From IMG/VR virus record IMGVR_UViG_2775507096_000001, positions 1 to 64,000 of that record: a DNA stretch of 64,000 nt; one strand, 5' to 3'. Positions 28,794 through 38,465 of the stretch are shown piece after piece (the stretch's first letter is position 1; every line of letters starts with the position of its first letter). A program made the position numbers and the translations under genes. The notes beneath the pieces are model-generated. The model was not told the DNA's origin. It did not search any database and was given only the letters and a program-made list of their open reading frames with translations. The DNA is from a virus. Taxonomy: Duplodnaviria > Caudoviricetes.

Positions 28794-29051
28794 ATGGACG
28801 CCGCCACGATCACCGCCGTCTTCACCGCAGCCGCCACCGCCCAGAGCTGGACGCGCACGAACCTCGGCCTTACCACCCAGGTCAGCGCCGAGGACGGCTA
28901 CCGGTACACGGTCCGGCTCCCCAAGGACAGCGGCAAGGCGTTCATCGCGGGCCGCGACGGACACGCCGGCGACGAGCTGCTCGACATCGAGGCCACCTGG
29001 GGCCTGACCCTCCCGATCGTCGAAGCGGCCATGGCCGCCACCCGCATCTGA
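28794..29051 (+). CDS. Hypothetical protein
   Basis: AAGGGAG RBS. Confidence 0.65.
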   Translation: MDAATITAVFTAAATAQSWTRTNLGLTTQVSAEDGYRYTVRLPKDSGKAFIAGRDGHAGDELLDIEATWGLTLPIVEAAMAATRI

Positions 29052-29119
29052 CCCACCAGCCACCACGGGCCCGGTACCAGGCGGTACCGGGCCCCTTCCA
29101 CGCCCATACGGAGGCACTC

Positions 29120-30172
29120 ATGGAACAGCTCGACCTGTTCGCCGAGCTCGGCGAACCCGAAGCGCCGAAGCCGGGGAAGACGATCACCCTGCCGAAGCCG
29201 ACCGCCGGCCAGTACGCCACCACAGTGGCCAAGCCGTCGCAGCCGCAGCAGCCGGCCCTCATCCCGCAGGCCCCGCCCCGCCCCCGGCCGGAGTTCAGCA
29301 TCCGCCCCGCCGACGGCCCCACATTCGGTGAGGCCGTATCCACGGCCTGGCATCGGGCGCACGGCGGGAACCGCATGGAGATCCCACTCGGCATCGTCGC
29401 GACCCTCGCCCTGTGGCCACTGAAGGGACACCCGCGGACCCTCGCGAGGTTCTTCAAGGGCCTGGACGCCCAGCAACTCATGTCCTGTGTCCGGGAGGTA
29501 GCCGCCTACTGGTGGATGCGGCGACCCGACCTGATCGACACCGCCTCGGTCCTGTTCCGCTGGGCGGAGGAGGACCGGCACACGCCGAACGAGCTGGCAG
29601 CGATCCGGGCCACGTTCCACGCAGCGCTGGACCACAACGCCCTCGACCGCACCGGGCACGCGGACCCGGAGGCAAACAGCTGGATCGACCTGATGTCGTG
29701 GACGGTCACCAGCCTGCGTCACAACACGGCACGGCAGGGCCTCGGCGAGTACCACACGCCGCCCGAGGTGTGCGACATGATGGCCGCGCAGATCATCGGC
29801 GACGACCGCGAGGCGATCCGCGAGGGCTACTCGATCCTCGACCCGTGCGCCGGCACAGGCGGCATGGTCCGCTCCGCCGCCCAGCACCTGCGGGGCATGG
29901 GCCTGGACCCCGCCAAATTCACCTGGTTCGCGCAGGAGATCGACCCTCTGGCCGCAGCCGGGTGCGCCGTCAACATGATCGTGTGGGGGATGGGCCCGAA
30001 TGCCCTGGTGGCCTGCGGTGACACCTTGGCCGAAGGCGACCTCTGGCCCCGCGCCGTCGAGCACCGCCGCATCATGGTCGAGCGCAGGGATGACGCCGCC
30101 GCTCACATGGCCATCGTCCACGCGGTGGGTCGCGTGGAGCAGCTGGTCAACGGGGGCTCCCGGGCTGCCTGA
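29120..30172 (+). CDS. HsdM/N-6 DNA methylase-like protein lacking the NPPF motif
   Basis: GEYHTP, ILDPCAGTGGM, QEID, GDTL present; ends without NPP(F/Y); N-terminal QLDLF. Confidence 0.8.
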   Translation: MEQLDLFAELGEPEAPKPGKTITLPKPTAGQYATTVAKPSQPQQPALIPQAPPRPRPEFSIRPADGPTFGEAVSTAWHRAHGGNRMEIPLGIVATLALWPLKGHPRTLARFFKGLDAQQLMSCVREVAAYWWMRRPDLIDTASVLFRWAEEDRHTPNELAAIRATFHAALDHNALDRTGHADPEANSWIDLMSWTVTSLRHNTARQGLGEYHTPPEVCDMMAAQIIGDDREAIREGYSILDPCAGTGGMVRSAAQHLRGMGLDPAKFTWFAQEIDPLAAAGCAVNMIVWGMGPNALVACGDTLAEGDLWPRAVEHRRIMVERRDDAAAHMAIVHAVGRVEQLVNGGSRAA

Positions 30173-30260
30173 GCTGGGCTTCCTTGTCCGACATTTTACT
30201 GAATCGACTTGTTAAAACTGGCTAGGTCAAGCCGATTCGGAAAGAATGAGAGCAGTTCAA
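30170..30260 (+). repeat. Array repeat R4
   Basis: Starts at the upstream TGA stop; arms 30201-30211 and 30228-30238. Confidence 0.9.
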
Positions 30261-30294
30261 CCCCCACCCCACCCGCGCGAAAGGAAGGCCCCGA

Positions 30295-31842
30295 ATGGCC
30301 GCCGCACCTCACTCCACCGCGATCGCCCGCGTCCTGCGCGGTCTCGGCCTCACCCAGGGCAAGGGCTGCGACTTCCGTGTCACCGGCGACTACCGCAACG
30401 GTGAGCGGATCGGCACGTTCGTCGTCGTCCTCACCCGCCACGCGGAAGAGGTGATCGCCGAGCACGCCGACGAAATTGAGCGCCTGTCGGAAGAGGCCGG
30501 CTGGCCGTTCCATGTGTCGGTCCGCTACCACGACCGCGAGCGCCCGATGGTGACCGTTGCCAACTACGGCAGCCGCGTGCGTGAGGAGCCCCCCGTGAGC
30601 GCTGTGACCGCCGAGCCCGCCGAGGCCGCCGAGGCCGAGACCGTCGAACCCGCGGAGGTGGCCGTCGAGGCCGCGCACGAGGAGACGGCCGTACGGCCGG
30701 CGATCGTACCCGCCGTCCTCGGCTGGCTGTGGGCCGACGACCACGCGGCCACGGTGTCCTCGCCCCTGCGCGACATGATCCGCAGCAAGGAGTGCGACAA
30801 GTACGGGCGCCCGACGAAGGCCGCGTTCGAGCGGATCGCCGCCGAGCTGAACGCGCTCCCCGCCGACCCGGCCGCGCTCGCCCAGCTGTGGGCCGACGAC
30901 CACCGCGCCCCGGTGTGCTCGCCCCTGCGAGACATGGTCCGGGGCGACGAGTGCGACGACGGCGGGCAGCCGACGATGGTCGCGTTCGAGCGGATTGCGG
31001 CCGAGGTGAAGGCGCTGGCCCTCCCCGTGGCGGAGCCCCGCTCTGAGGAGAGCGGGCCGCGCGCGCTGCCCCCGGCCGAATCCGAGCCCGCAGCCGAGGA
31101 GGCACCCGACGACCTGAAGGCGCTGCGCCTGGAGCGGGCGCAGTCGGAGGCGCTGGGCTGGTCGCGAGGGCAAGCCGAGCTGGTCGCCGCCGCGGCGGCC
31201 GGACAGCTGTACCGGGACTTTGGCGCCGTCCTGCGGACCGTGCCCGTGCCGGGGCATCCCGGCCGGGTGGCGTCCATGCACCGGCTCGGGCCGCTGGTCG
31301 ACGCCGGGTTCCTGGCCGTCGACGAGCCCGACCCCACTGGCCGGCGTGCCGTCCGCGTCACCGCCGACGGCCGCCACGCCCTGGCCGTGTGGAAGCGGTG
31401 GCGGCCCTGGCCGGTGGAGAAGACCCGCAGCGAGGAGACCGAGAAGCTGCGTCCTCTCCTGCACGGAGCGCAGGCCAGACGGATCGCCGCCCTCGCCCGC
31501 GAGGAAGAGAAGAATCGGCGACGCGAGAGCGAGGAACTGTGGGCGGCGACGCGGCGGCTGCACGAGTGGGAAGAACGCGAGGAACGTCTGCGGTCGGCGT
31601 GGGCGCGCGTGAACGGCGTCCGGAACCGGTTCCAGCGGCGGCCGGTCGGCTGGGTGCCGACCGACGCGGAGATCGCGGAGTACCGCCTCGCCCCGGATGT
31701 GGTAGCCGAGCTGCGGGCAGACGCCGAGAACCCGAAACCGAAGCCCGAGCTGCCATCCCCTCGGCGGAGCGCGGGCGCGGAGCTGCCACCCCTGGAGGCG
31801 GATGACCAGACACCCGAGCAAACCTCTTTGCCTATCTTTTAA
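30295..31842 (+). CDS. 515-aa hypothetical protein with an internal duplicated domain
   Basis: LWADDH..SPLRDM.R..ECD..G.PT..AFERIAAE twice; stop lies inside R5. Confidence 0.75.
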   Translation: MAAAPHSTAIARVLRGLGLTQGKGCDFRVTGDYRNGERIGTFVVVLTRHAEEVIAEHADEIERLSEEAGWPFHVSVRYHDRERPMVTVANYGSRVREEPPVSAVTAEPAEAAEAETVEPAEVAVEAAHEETAVRPAIVPAVLGWLWADDHAATVSSPLRDMIRSKECDKYGRPTKAAFERIAAELNALPADPAALAQLWADDHRAPVCSPLRDMVRGDECDDGGQPTMVAFERIAAEVKALALPVAEPRSEESGPRALPPAESEPAAEEAPDDLKALRLERAQSEALGWSRGQAELVAAAAAGQLYRDFGAVLRTVPVPGHPGRVASMHRLGPLVDAGFLAVDEPDPTGRRAVRVTADGRHALAVWKRWRPWPVEKTRSEETEKLRPLLHGAQARRIAALAREEEKNRRRESEELWAATRRLHEWEEREERLRSAWARVNGVRNRFQRRPVGWVPTDAEIAEYRLAPDVVAELRADAENPKPKPELPSPRRSAGAELPPLEADDQTPEQTSLPIF

Positions 31843-31904
31843 TGAATCCGCTAGTTAAAACTGGCTAGGGGAAGCCATATCGGAAAGAATGAAAGTAGTT
31901 CAAA
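31812..31904 (+). repeat. Array repeat R5 (degenerate arms)
   Basis: GAATCCGCTAG-TTAAAACTGGCTAGGG-GAAGCCATATC-GGAAAGAATGAAAGTAGTTCAAA. Confidence 0.85.
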
Positions 31905-31936
31905 ACACACCAACTCACCTAGAACGGGAGCAAGTT

Positions 31937-32614
31937 ATGGCCGCCGACCTCGCCCAGGTCTTCCAGTCCCTGTCCGCCACGTACACGCGCCGCGAAGAGG
32001 CCGCCCGCACAAAGCTCGCCGACTGCCTCATGGACCTCGGCGCGGCCGTCGACACCAGCTTGGTCCGCGCCGCCATGGACGCCGCAGCCGAAGCCCTGCC
32101 GTTCAAGATGGTCCTCACGCACGCCGAGACGGCCGGCATCCGCGAGGCCCTGGCCGACATACGGAAGCAGCTGACCCGCCAGCTGCTGACCCGCTCGCCC
32201 GGCTCCAGCACCTGCCAGATCCGCAACGAGGCCGCCCGCATGGAGATCGACGCCGCCCAGCACTTCCTGGCGACCACCGACGGCCTCCTGGAACGGTTCG
32301 ACGACACCCCGGCCGAGGAGGCCACCCCGCAGGCCGAGCCCGAGCCGGCTCCCGCGCCCGCCCCGGTAGACGCCCCGAAGGTGACCCCGGCTCAGAAGCG
32401 GACCCTGGAGGCCATCAGGGACAACGGGGTCAAGCTCCAGGAGATGAGGGTCGGACAGGCGATCGTCCAGGTCACCAACGGCATCAAGCCGCGCAAGGAC
32501 ATGGTCGAGTTCGCCATCAGCCAGGGCTGGGCCACGAAGGACACCTCCACCTCCCTGTACGTCGGCCAGAAGGTCCAGCTGACGGCCCTCGGCGAGGCCA
32601 TCCTGGTCGGCTGA
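31937..32614 (+). CDS. Hypothetical protein, possible C-terminal wHTH
   Basis: GGGAG RBS; VTPAQKRTLEAI...VQLTALGEAIL. Confidence 0.7.
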   Translation: MAADLAQVFQSLSATYTRREEAARTKLADCLMDLGAAVDTSLVRAAMDAAAEALPFKMVLTHAETAGIREALADIRKQLTRQLLTRSPGSSTCQIRNEAARMEIDAAQHFLATTDGLLERFDDTPAEEATPQAEPEPAPAPAPVDAPKVTPAQKRTLEAIRDNGVKLQEMRVGQAIVQVTNGIKPRKDMVEFAISQGWATKDTSTSLYVGQKVQLTALGEAILVG

Positions 32615-32806
32615 CCCGGGCCGGCCGGCCGGGCCTCCGCCCGGCCGGCCCCGCCCCACCCGCCCGGCCGTGCCGGGCCTCGCGCGGGACCGCTCTCCAC
32701 GCAGGCCGAACGCCCCGATCCGGCCACCTCACAGCCCAGTTCACGGAACCGACCACCACAACCACCCGGCAGGGCCCAACGCGCCCACCAGAAGGGACAC
32801 AGCCCC

Positions 32807-33286
32807 ATGACCACCGAACCCACCGACCTCCAGCTGAGGGCCCTCGCCATCATCGCGGCCGGCGACGTCCGCCAGTTCGCGGCCGTACCTCACCCGGTCT
32901 TCATCGACAGCCCCGGCGGCACGATCTCCCCGCCGACCGTCAACGAGCTGGTCCAGGCGGGCTGGGTCCGCGTCGACTCCACGCGCAGCCTCCACGACGG
33001 CCAGGCCGTCGAGATCACCCAGTCCGGCCTGGCCCACCTACCGGGCAACACCGTCCCGGACATCCCGCAGGCCGCTGACGACCCCACCGGCGACCAGGTC
33101 CTCGCCGCCCTCATGCGGACCGTCATCCGCCACGGCCAGGTCGGCGTCGACTTCCACGACGACCTGGTGGAGGTCACCGGCGCCGACGACACGGTCCTGG
33201 CCACCCTCAGGGGTCGTTTCGACAGCCCCGCCCAGCTCGCCCGATTCCTCGACATCGACGAGGACTGCATCACCGACGCCCGCTGA
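32807..33286 (+). CDS. Hypothetical protein, possible N-terminal wHTH
   Basis: TDLQLRALAII...LVQAGWV...VEITQSGLAHL. Confidence 0.65.
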   Translation: MTTEPTDLQLRALAIIAAGDVRQFAAVPHPVFIDSPGGTISPPTVNELVQAGWVRVDSTRSLHDGQAVEITQSGLAHLPGNTVPDIPQAADDPTGDQVLAALMRTVIRHGQVGVDFHDDLVEVTGADDTVLATLRGRFDSPAQLARFLDIDEDCITDAR

Positions 33287-33317
33287 TGCTGGCCGAGAAG
33301 GCGGAGGAAACCGCTTC

Positions 33318-33408
33318 TGGCCTGCGGCTTTTGGAAGTTTCTTTGCTGAACTAGCTTGTTAAAACTGGCTAGGGTAAGCCGATTCGGAAAGAATGAAAGT
33401 AGTTCAAA
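33318..33408 (+). repeat. Array repeat R6
   Basis: Arms 33348-33358 and 33375-33385. Confidence 0.9.
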
Positions 33409-33438
33409 CCACCCCACCAACTAGCGATTGGACGCGCT

Positions 33439-34641
33439 ATGACCACCGCCACCACCCCCAAGGCACCCGCCAAGAAGGCCCCGGCCGCGAAGAAGCCCGC
33501 CAGAAAGGCCCCCACGACCAAGGCGACGCCCGCGAAGAAGACCGTCCCCGCCCCGGCCGGCGACGAGAAGCGGACCCAGTTCCGCACCATCCCCATCGGC
33601 AAGATCGACCGCGACCCGGGCCAGCCCCGCGAGCACTTCGACGAGGCTGCGCTTCAGGAACTGGCCGCCTCCATGAAGAAGCTGGGCCAGCTCCAGCCGA
33701 TCAACGTCCGCTACAACGAGGACACCAAGCGGTACACGATCATCATGGGCGAGCGCCGCTGGCGGGCCGCCCAGATGGCCGGCCTCACCCAGATGAAGGC
33801 CGTCGTCATGCACGGTGTCGGCGACGGCCGCGAGACCTTCGCCATGGCCGTCGCCGAGAACGTCGGCCGCGCGGACATGACCCCCGTTGAGGAGGCGAAG
33901 GCCTTCCACAAGCTGGCCGAGGCCGGGTACACCGTCGACGAGATCGCCGAGCTGGTCGGCAAGTCCGCCGCGTACGTCCAGTGGCGGATCGACCTGCTGA
34001 ACCTGTGCCCCGAGGCGCGCGAAGCCCTGGTGAAGGGGCAGCTCCCGGTCGGCCTGGCCTGGTACGTCGGGAAGCTCGCCAACGCCAACCAGGTCCGGTT
34101 CCTGTCGAAGTGGGTCCGAGGTGACTTCAAGTCGGCCCGGGACGCCGAGAGCTTCGCGCAGGCCCTGCACACCGAGGAGAAGCGGCAGCAGGAACAGGGC
34201 AGCTTCTTCGTCCTGTCCGACGAGGCCGCCGCCTCCCGCAAGGACAAGGGGCAGGACTCGCTGCCCGGTTCCCTCGACCTGCCCGACGAGGAGCGCGACC
34301 GCATCCTGGCCGACCGCTCGAAGCTGGTCGGGAAGATCGAGAAGCTCGGCCAGGTCGGCGAGATCCTCTCGCTGCTCGCCGCATCGGACCCGGAGGAACT
34401 CGCCCTGCTGCTCGCCGGCACGCCCGGTGGCATCGGCGGCCACCGCCTGCGGATCAAGCACCTCCAGGACATCGCGACCAAGGCCATGGCCAACCTGCGG
34501 AAGGCCGAGATGGTGGCCGAGGTCCGCGCGAGCGGCCTGACCGTCAACCCCGACGCCGAGGCCGCCGCCACGGCCGCCGAGGACGACGACGCCGAGGCTG
34601 CCACCCCGGCCGCCGCCGGCGACGCCGAAGCCGCCGCCTGA
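33439..34641 (+). CDS. ParB/RepB/Spo0J family protein with histone-H1-like N-tail
   Basis: QPREHFDEAALQELAASMKKLGQLQPI, GERRWRA, ENVGRADM, HTH; KAPAKKAPAAKK tail. Confidence 0.92.
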   Translation: MTTATTPKAPAKKAPAAKKPARKAPTTKATPAKKTVPAPAGDEKRTQFRTIPIGKIDRDPGQPREHFDEAALQELAASMKKLGQLQPINVRYNEDTKRYTIIMGERRWRAAQMAGLTQMKAVVMHGVGDGRETFAMAVAENVGRADMTPVEEAKAFHKLAEAGYTVDEIAELVGKSAAYVQWRIDLLNLCPEAREALVKGQLPVGLAWYVGKLANANQVRFLSKWVRGDFKSARDAESFAQALHTEEKRQQEQGSFFVLSDEAAASRKDKGQDSLPGSLDLPDEERDRILADRSKLVGKIEKLGQVGEILSLLAASDPEELALLLAGTPGGIGGHRLRIKHLQDIATKAMANLRKAEMVAEVRASGLTVNPDAEAAATAAEDDDAEAATPAAAGDAEAAA

Positions 34642-34695
34642 CACCCACCCCAGCGGCCCCGCCCCGAGGGCGGGGCCCACCCCCAGGAGCAGCGA

Positions 34696-35025
34696 GTGAT
34701 CGACATCGAAGCCAGTCCCCAGCTCACCTCGGAAGAGACCGAGGCAGCCGCCCGCCTGATCGCCCTCGCCGAGGCCCTCGGCCTCGAACCGCTTGACCTC
34801 GACGAAGCGGTACACGACGCCGCCGCCCGCTACGCCAGCGACGAGAGCAACACCGGCTCGTGGGACGACGTCGACTCCGACGCCGCCTACGACGAAGCAG
34901 GCAGGCAGGCCGCCGACCTCAACAACAGCGGCATGGACAACCAGATCCGCTACCTGGTGGCCCAGTGCGGCGCCGACCGTACCGAAGTCCACATCCGGGC
35001 CGCCGCCGGCCAGCACCACGCCTGA
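34696..35025 (+). CDS. Acidic hypothetical protein
   Basis: AGGAG RBS; D/E-rich. Confidence 0.65.
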   Translation: MIDIEASPQLTSEETEAAARLIALAEALGLEPLDLDEAVHDAAARYASDESNTGSWDDVDSDAAYDEAGRQAADLNNSGMDNQIRYLVAQCGADRTEVHIRAAAGQHHA

Positions 35026-35097
35026 GACCCGCCCACAGCGCGGCGCACCGCACCCCTGCGGTGCGCCCCCTTCCACCCCTCCAAGGAGACAGAAGCC

Positions 35098-35397
35098 ATG
35101 AAGGACCCCGTCAGCTTCCACAACCTGGACGTGCCCCCCTTCACTCCGTACGACATCGCGAAGGCCGCCCTGACGTACCTCGGCGACCAGTGGGGGGCAG
35201 ACCCCGGCCCCTGGGCCACCACCGGCCACCTCCGGGCCTGGGACGGCACCCCGTTCACCATCGGCGCCCAGCCGACCGGCGAGCTGTTCCTGCGCAACGA
35301 CCAGCTCGGCGACACGCTCGCGCTGCCGGTCAAGCCGACCGACGACCTCGACACCATCGCCCGCGCGGTCGACGAGACCGTAGGCCACCTCTACTGA
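35098..35397 (+). CDS. Hypothetical protein
   Basis: AAGGAG RBS. Confidence 0.65.
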   Translation: MKDPVSFHNLDVPPFTPYDIAKAALTYLGDQWGADPGPWATTGHLRAWDGTPFTIGAQPTGELFLRNDQLGDTLALPVKPTDDLDTIARAVDETVGHLY

Positions 35398-35447
35398 TCT
35401 AAGCCCCGTTCAGGGGGTCAGACCCCTATCCATCCAGGAGGAGTCCG

Positions 35448-36275
35448 ATGGAGATCCCAAGCGGCGTCTACGACGTCCTCACCGACGAGCGCACGGTCAT
35501 CGCCGGCGACCGCGTGCAGATCCCGTTCGAGCTGGACAGCGCCGTCTACAAGCAGGTGAACAAGATGCTGAAGGAGATCGGCGGCCGGTGGGACGGCCGA
35601 ACTGCGGTCCGCGCTCACGTCTTCCCGTTCGAGGTGGAGGCGTTCATGCGGGCCTGCCTCGCCACCCGCGAGTTCCCCACCCGGTACGAGCAGGGCTGGT
35701 ACCCGACCCCGCCGCGGGTGGTGGACGAGATGCTGGCCCACGCGGGCATCAGCGAGGGCATGAGCGTCCTGGAGCCCTCGGCGGGCACCGGCTCCATCGT
35801 GGGCCCGGCCGCCGAGTGCGGCGCGGTCGTCGACTGCGTCGAGATCGACGAGCGGCGCGTCGCAGTCCTCCGCGAGCAGGACGCCGCCCGCCGTATCGTG
35901 CACGCTGACTTCCTCGACCTGGACCCGCTCGACTGCCCCCACGGCTACAGCAGAGTGCTGATGAACCCGCCGTTCGCGGCGGCCGTGCAGCACGTGAAGC
36001 ACGCGCTGGGCTTCCTCGACGACGACGGCACGCTCGTCGCGGTCATGCCCGAGTCGGTGATGTGGCACAGCGACCGGGCCACCGTCGAGTTCCGTGAGCT
36101 GATCGCCCTCGCCGAGGGCACCTTCGCCCCGCTGCCCGACGACTCGTTCGCGCCGTCCGGGGCGAACGTGCGCACCGTCCTCCTGGTGGTCGACGCCGAG
36201 GCCGGCGGACCGCTGCCCACTCACGGCTGGCACCACAGCCAGCCCCGCCAGCTCGACCTGTTCATCACCCCCTGA
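35448..36275 (+). CDS. Amino (probably N6-adenine) DNA methyltransferase
   Basis: YPTP, VLEPSAGTG, EID, DF, NPPF; C-terminal QLDLF. Confidence 0.85.
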   Translation: MEIPSGVYDVLTDERTVIAGDRVQIPFELDSAVYKQVNKMLKEIGGRWDGRTAVRAHVFPFEVEAFMRACLATREFPTRYEQGWYPTPPRVVDEMLAHAGISEGMSVLEPSAGTGSIVGPAAECGAVVDCVEIDERRVAVLREQDAARRIVHADFLDLDPLDCPHGYSRVLMNPPFAAAVQHVKHALGFLDDDGTLVAVMPESVMWHSDRATVEFRELIALAEGTFAPLPDDSFAPSGANVRTVLLVVDAEAGGPLPTHGWHHSQPRQLDLFITP

Positions 36276-36360
36276 CCAGCGTCTCTTTTGGACTTCTTTA
36301 CCGAATCAGCTTGTGAAAGCTGGCTAGTGCAAGCCGATTCGGGGAGAATGTAAGTAGCAC
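36273..36360 (+). repeat. Array repeat R7
   Basis: Starts at the upstream TGA; arms 36303-36313 and 36330-36340. Confidence 0.88.
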
Positions 36361-36385
36361 TACCCGCAGACCGGAAAGGACGAGG

Positions 36386-36805
36386 ATGGACCTCGCCACC
36401 TGCACCTACCAGGAGTTCACGCCCGAGATGGGCGCTCCGATCCGCACCACCGCAGGCCACCCCAGATTCACGCTCGGCTACGAACTGCGCGGCCACGCCC
36501 GGCTCATCACACCGACTCGGGAACTGCTCGCCCAGAACCTCCCCCAGGACGCGTACGAGTTCAGCTACCGGCGCATCCTGAACGGCCACGGCATCGACCG
36601 CATCTACGCCGAACTGGCCGGCCTCGCCGGCCGCAACGGCGGTGCCCGCCTGGTCCTGCTCTGCTTCGACCGCCTCGACAAGCTGCCCCCGGCGGACGCC
36701 TGGTGCCACCGGCTGCACTTCGCGAAGTGGTGGCTGGAGCAGACCGGCGAGCCGATCCCCGAACTCGGCGCCCAGCGGCCGACCCCGCCGCCCTCCCTCT
36801 TCTGA
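36386..36805 (+). CDS. DUF488-like protein
   Basis: LVLLCFD...WCHR motif. Confidence 0.65.
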   Translation: MDLATCTYQEFTPEMGAPIRTTAGHPRFTLGYELRGHARLITPTRELLAQNLPQDAYEFSYRRILNGHGIDRIYAELAGLAGRNGGARLVLLCFDRLDKLPPADAWCHRLHFAKWWLEQTGEPIPELGAQRPTPPPSLF

Positions 36806-36829
36806 CCACCACCCCACAAGGAGGACGCC

Positions 36830-37009
36830 ATGCCCGGCGCCTACTGCACGTTCTGCCGCCGCCGCTGCTTCGTCTACCGGATCATCCCCGACGGGCCCCG
36901 GAAGGGATGGGCGGGGCACCTCGCCACCTGCGCCCGCGGCATGGCGCACGACCGCGAGCAGACCGGGCACGACCACACGACGGCCATCAACCCGGCCCAG
37001 AGCCACTGA
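36830..37009 (+). CDS. Small Cys/His protein
   Basis: AAGGAGG RBS; CTFCRRRC...HLATC (not in ORF track). Confidence 0.6.
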   Translation: MPGAYCTFCRRRCFVYRIIPDGPRKGWAGHLATCARGMAHDREQTGHDHTTAINPAQSH

Positions 37010-37022
37010 CACAGCCAGCACG

Positions 37023-37353
37023 ACCAGCCGGCCGGAACCCCATGGGGTCCCGGCCGGACCCACACCCGAAAGGAATGAAGCCGTGAGCACAACCCAGGCC
37101 CGACCCGAATCGAACCCGGCCGGTGACGAACTCCTCGCTGGCGTCATCGCCCGCATCGGCTCCTGGGGCGCCCTCGGCGTCATGCGTTCCGCCGTCGAGC
37201 TGTACGGCGAGAACGGCGACCCGAACGACGTCCTGAGCGACACCCAGGTCGAACAGCTCGCCGCGCTCGCCAAGTACTTCGACCAGGCCTGACGACCGCC
37301 ACCAGCCGGCCGGGACCCCACGGGATCCCGGCCGGACTCACACCCGGAAGGAA
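37023..37353 (+). repeat. 53-bp hairpin+RBS direct repeat pair (37023-37075, 37301-37353)
   Basis: ACCAGCCGGCCGGRACCCCAYGGGRTCCCGGCCGGACYCACACCCGRAAGGAA. Confidence 0.8.
37083..37292 (+). CDS. Small hypothetical protein between direct repeats
   Basis: AAGGA RBS, GTG start. Confidence 0.6.
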   Translation: MSTTQARPESNPAGDELLAGVIARIGSWGALGVMRSAVELYGENGDPNDVLSDTQVEQLAALAKYFDQA

Positions 37354-37357
37354 CGCC

Positions 37358-37744
37358 ATGCGCCACCGCGAGGGCTGCAAGGGCCCGCACCTCAACCCCG
37401 GAGAGACCGCCATCCCGGCCGGCGACGTCCGCAAAGGCGACATCGTGCTCGCCGCCACGATCGAGCTGAACGGCCACACCGACCGGCTCGACCACGCCAC
37501 CCCGTACACCGCCGACCCCCGGCCCGACGACCCCGGCTGCGGCTGCGCCGGACACCGCAGCCTCACCGCCGAGGACCGCGCGAAGCCACTCGTCGTCCTG
37601 TACGACGGCCCGATCTGGGACGGAGCGTGCGACGTCGTCCCCGCCGACGCGCTCGTGATCATCCGCGAGCGCGCCGAGGAACGCCCCGCCCCGTCGCGCG
37701 AGCAGAGCGGCATGGATGTGCTCCGCGACCTGCTCCGCCTCTGA
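37358..37744 (+). CDS. Hypothetical protein
   Basis: AAGGA RBS. Confidence 0.65.
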   Translation: MRHREGCKGPHLNPGETAIPAGDVRKGDIVLAATIELNGHTDRLDHATPYTADPRPDDPGCGCAGHRSLTAEDRAKPLVVLYDGPIWDGACDVVPADALVIIRERAEERPAPSREQSGMDVLRDLLRL

Positions 37745-37813
37745 CCAGACCACCACGACGGGCGGGACGCCTCGATGTCCCGCCCGTCGCCCATACCCGG
37801 AAGGAACGAACCC

Positions 37814-38437
37814 TTGAGCGAGATCGAGACCAGAGTCTGCATCGACGACACGCTCGGCCCGTACGACGCGCGGCTGGACCCCGGCCGCCGCTGGAACGGC
37901 TTTCTGATGCCCCGCTTCACCCTCGACACCGTCCGCCGGCTCTCCGTCCGGACGCTGGAACTGGCGGACGAGTACGGCTACGACTCCGTGGAGACGGTGC
38001 ACGTCATCGACGGCTACTCCGACAGCCCGAGCAGCGTCCACTTCATCGAGGGCGGCACCGACCGCGAGGGCAACCCGAGGGGGGCCGTCGCGCACATCCG
38101 CTGGCCGTTCCTCGATGAGGACCCCGACAGGGCCGTGTCGTTCTTCACCGGCCGCCCCGGCGCCCAGGTGAAGCCCGTGGAGCCCGCCGCGGTGGGCGTG
38201 CGCCGCACGGTCGTGTTCACCATGAGCTGGCAGTGGTGGGAGGAAGACCGGGGCGCTGAAGGAATCGCCGACGTCTACCAGCCCGACGATGAGTGCCGCT
38301 ACGGCATCGGCGGCGGCTCGTGGTGCTGGCACTTCGCCGGCTGGTGGTGCGCCTGCGGCAGGGACAACGACTGGCACGTCCTAAAGTGCCCGAGCTGCGA
38401 ACTGCCCCGCGACGCCCAGCCTGCGAAGACCACCTGA
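37814..38437 (+). CDS. Hypothetical protein with C-terminal Zn ribbon
   Basis: WWCACG...CPSC. Confidence 0.65.
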   Translation: MSEIETRVCIDDTLGPYDARLDPGRRWNGFLMPRFTLDTVRRLSVRTLELADEYGYDSVETVHVIDGYSDSPSSVHFIEGGTDREGNPRGAVAHIRWPFLDEDPDRAVSFFTGRPGAQVKPVEPAAVGVRRTVVFTMSWQWWEEDRGAEGIADVYQPDDECRYGIGGGSWCWHFAGWWCACGRDNDWHVLKCPSCELPRDAQPAKTT

Positions 38438-38465
38438 CCTCTCCCACCCCAGCAAGGAGCAAGTT

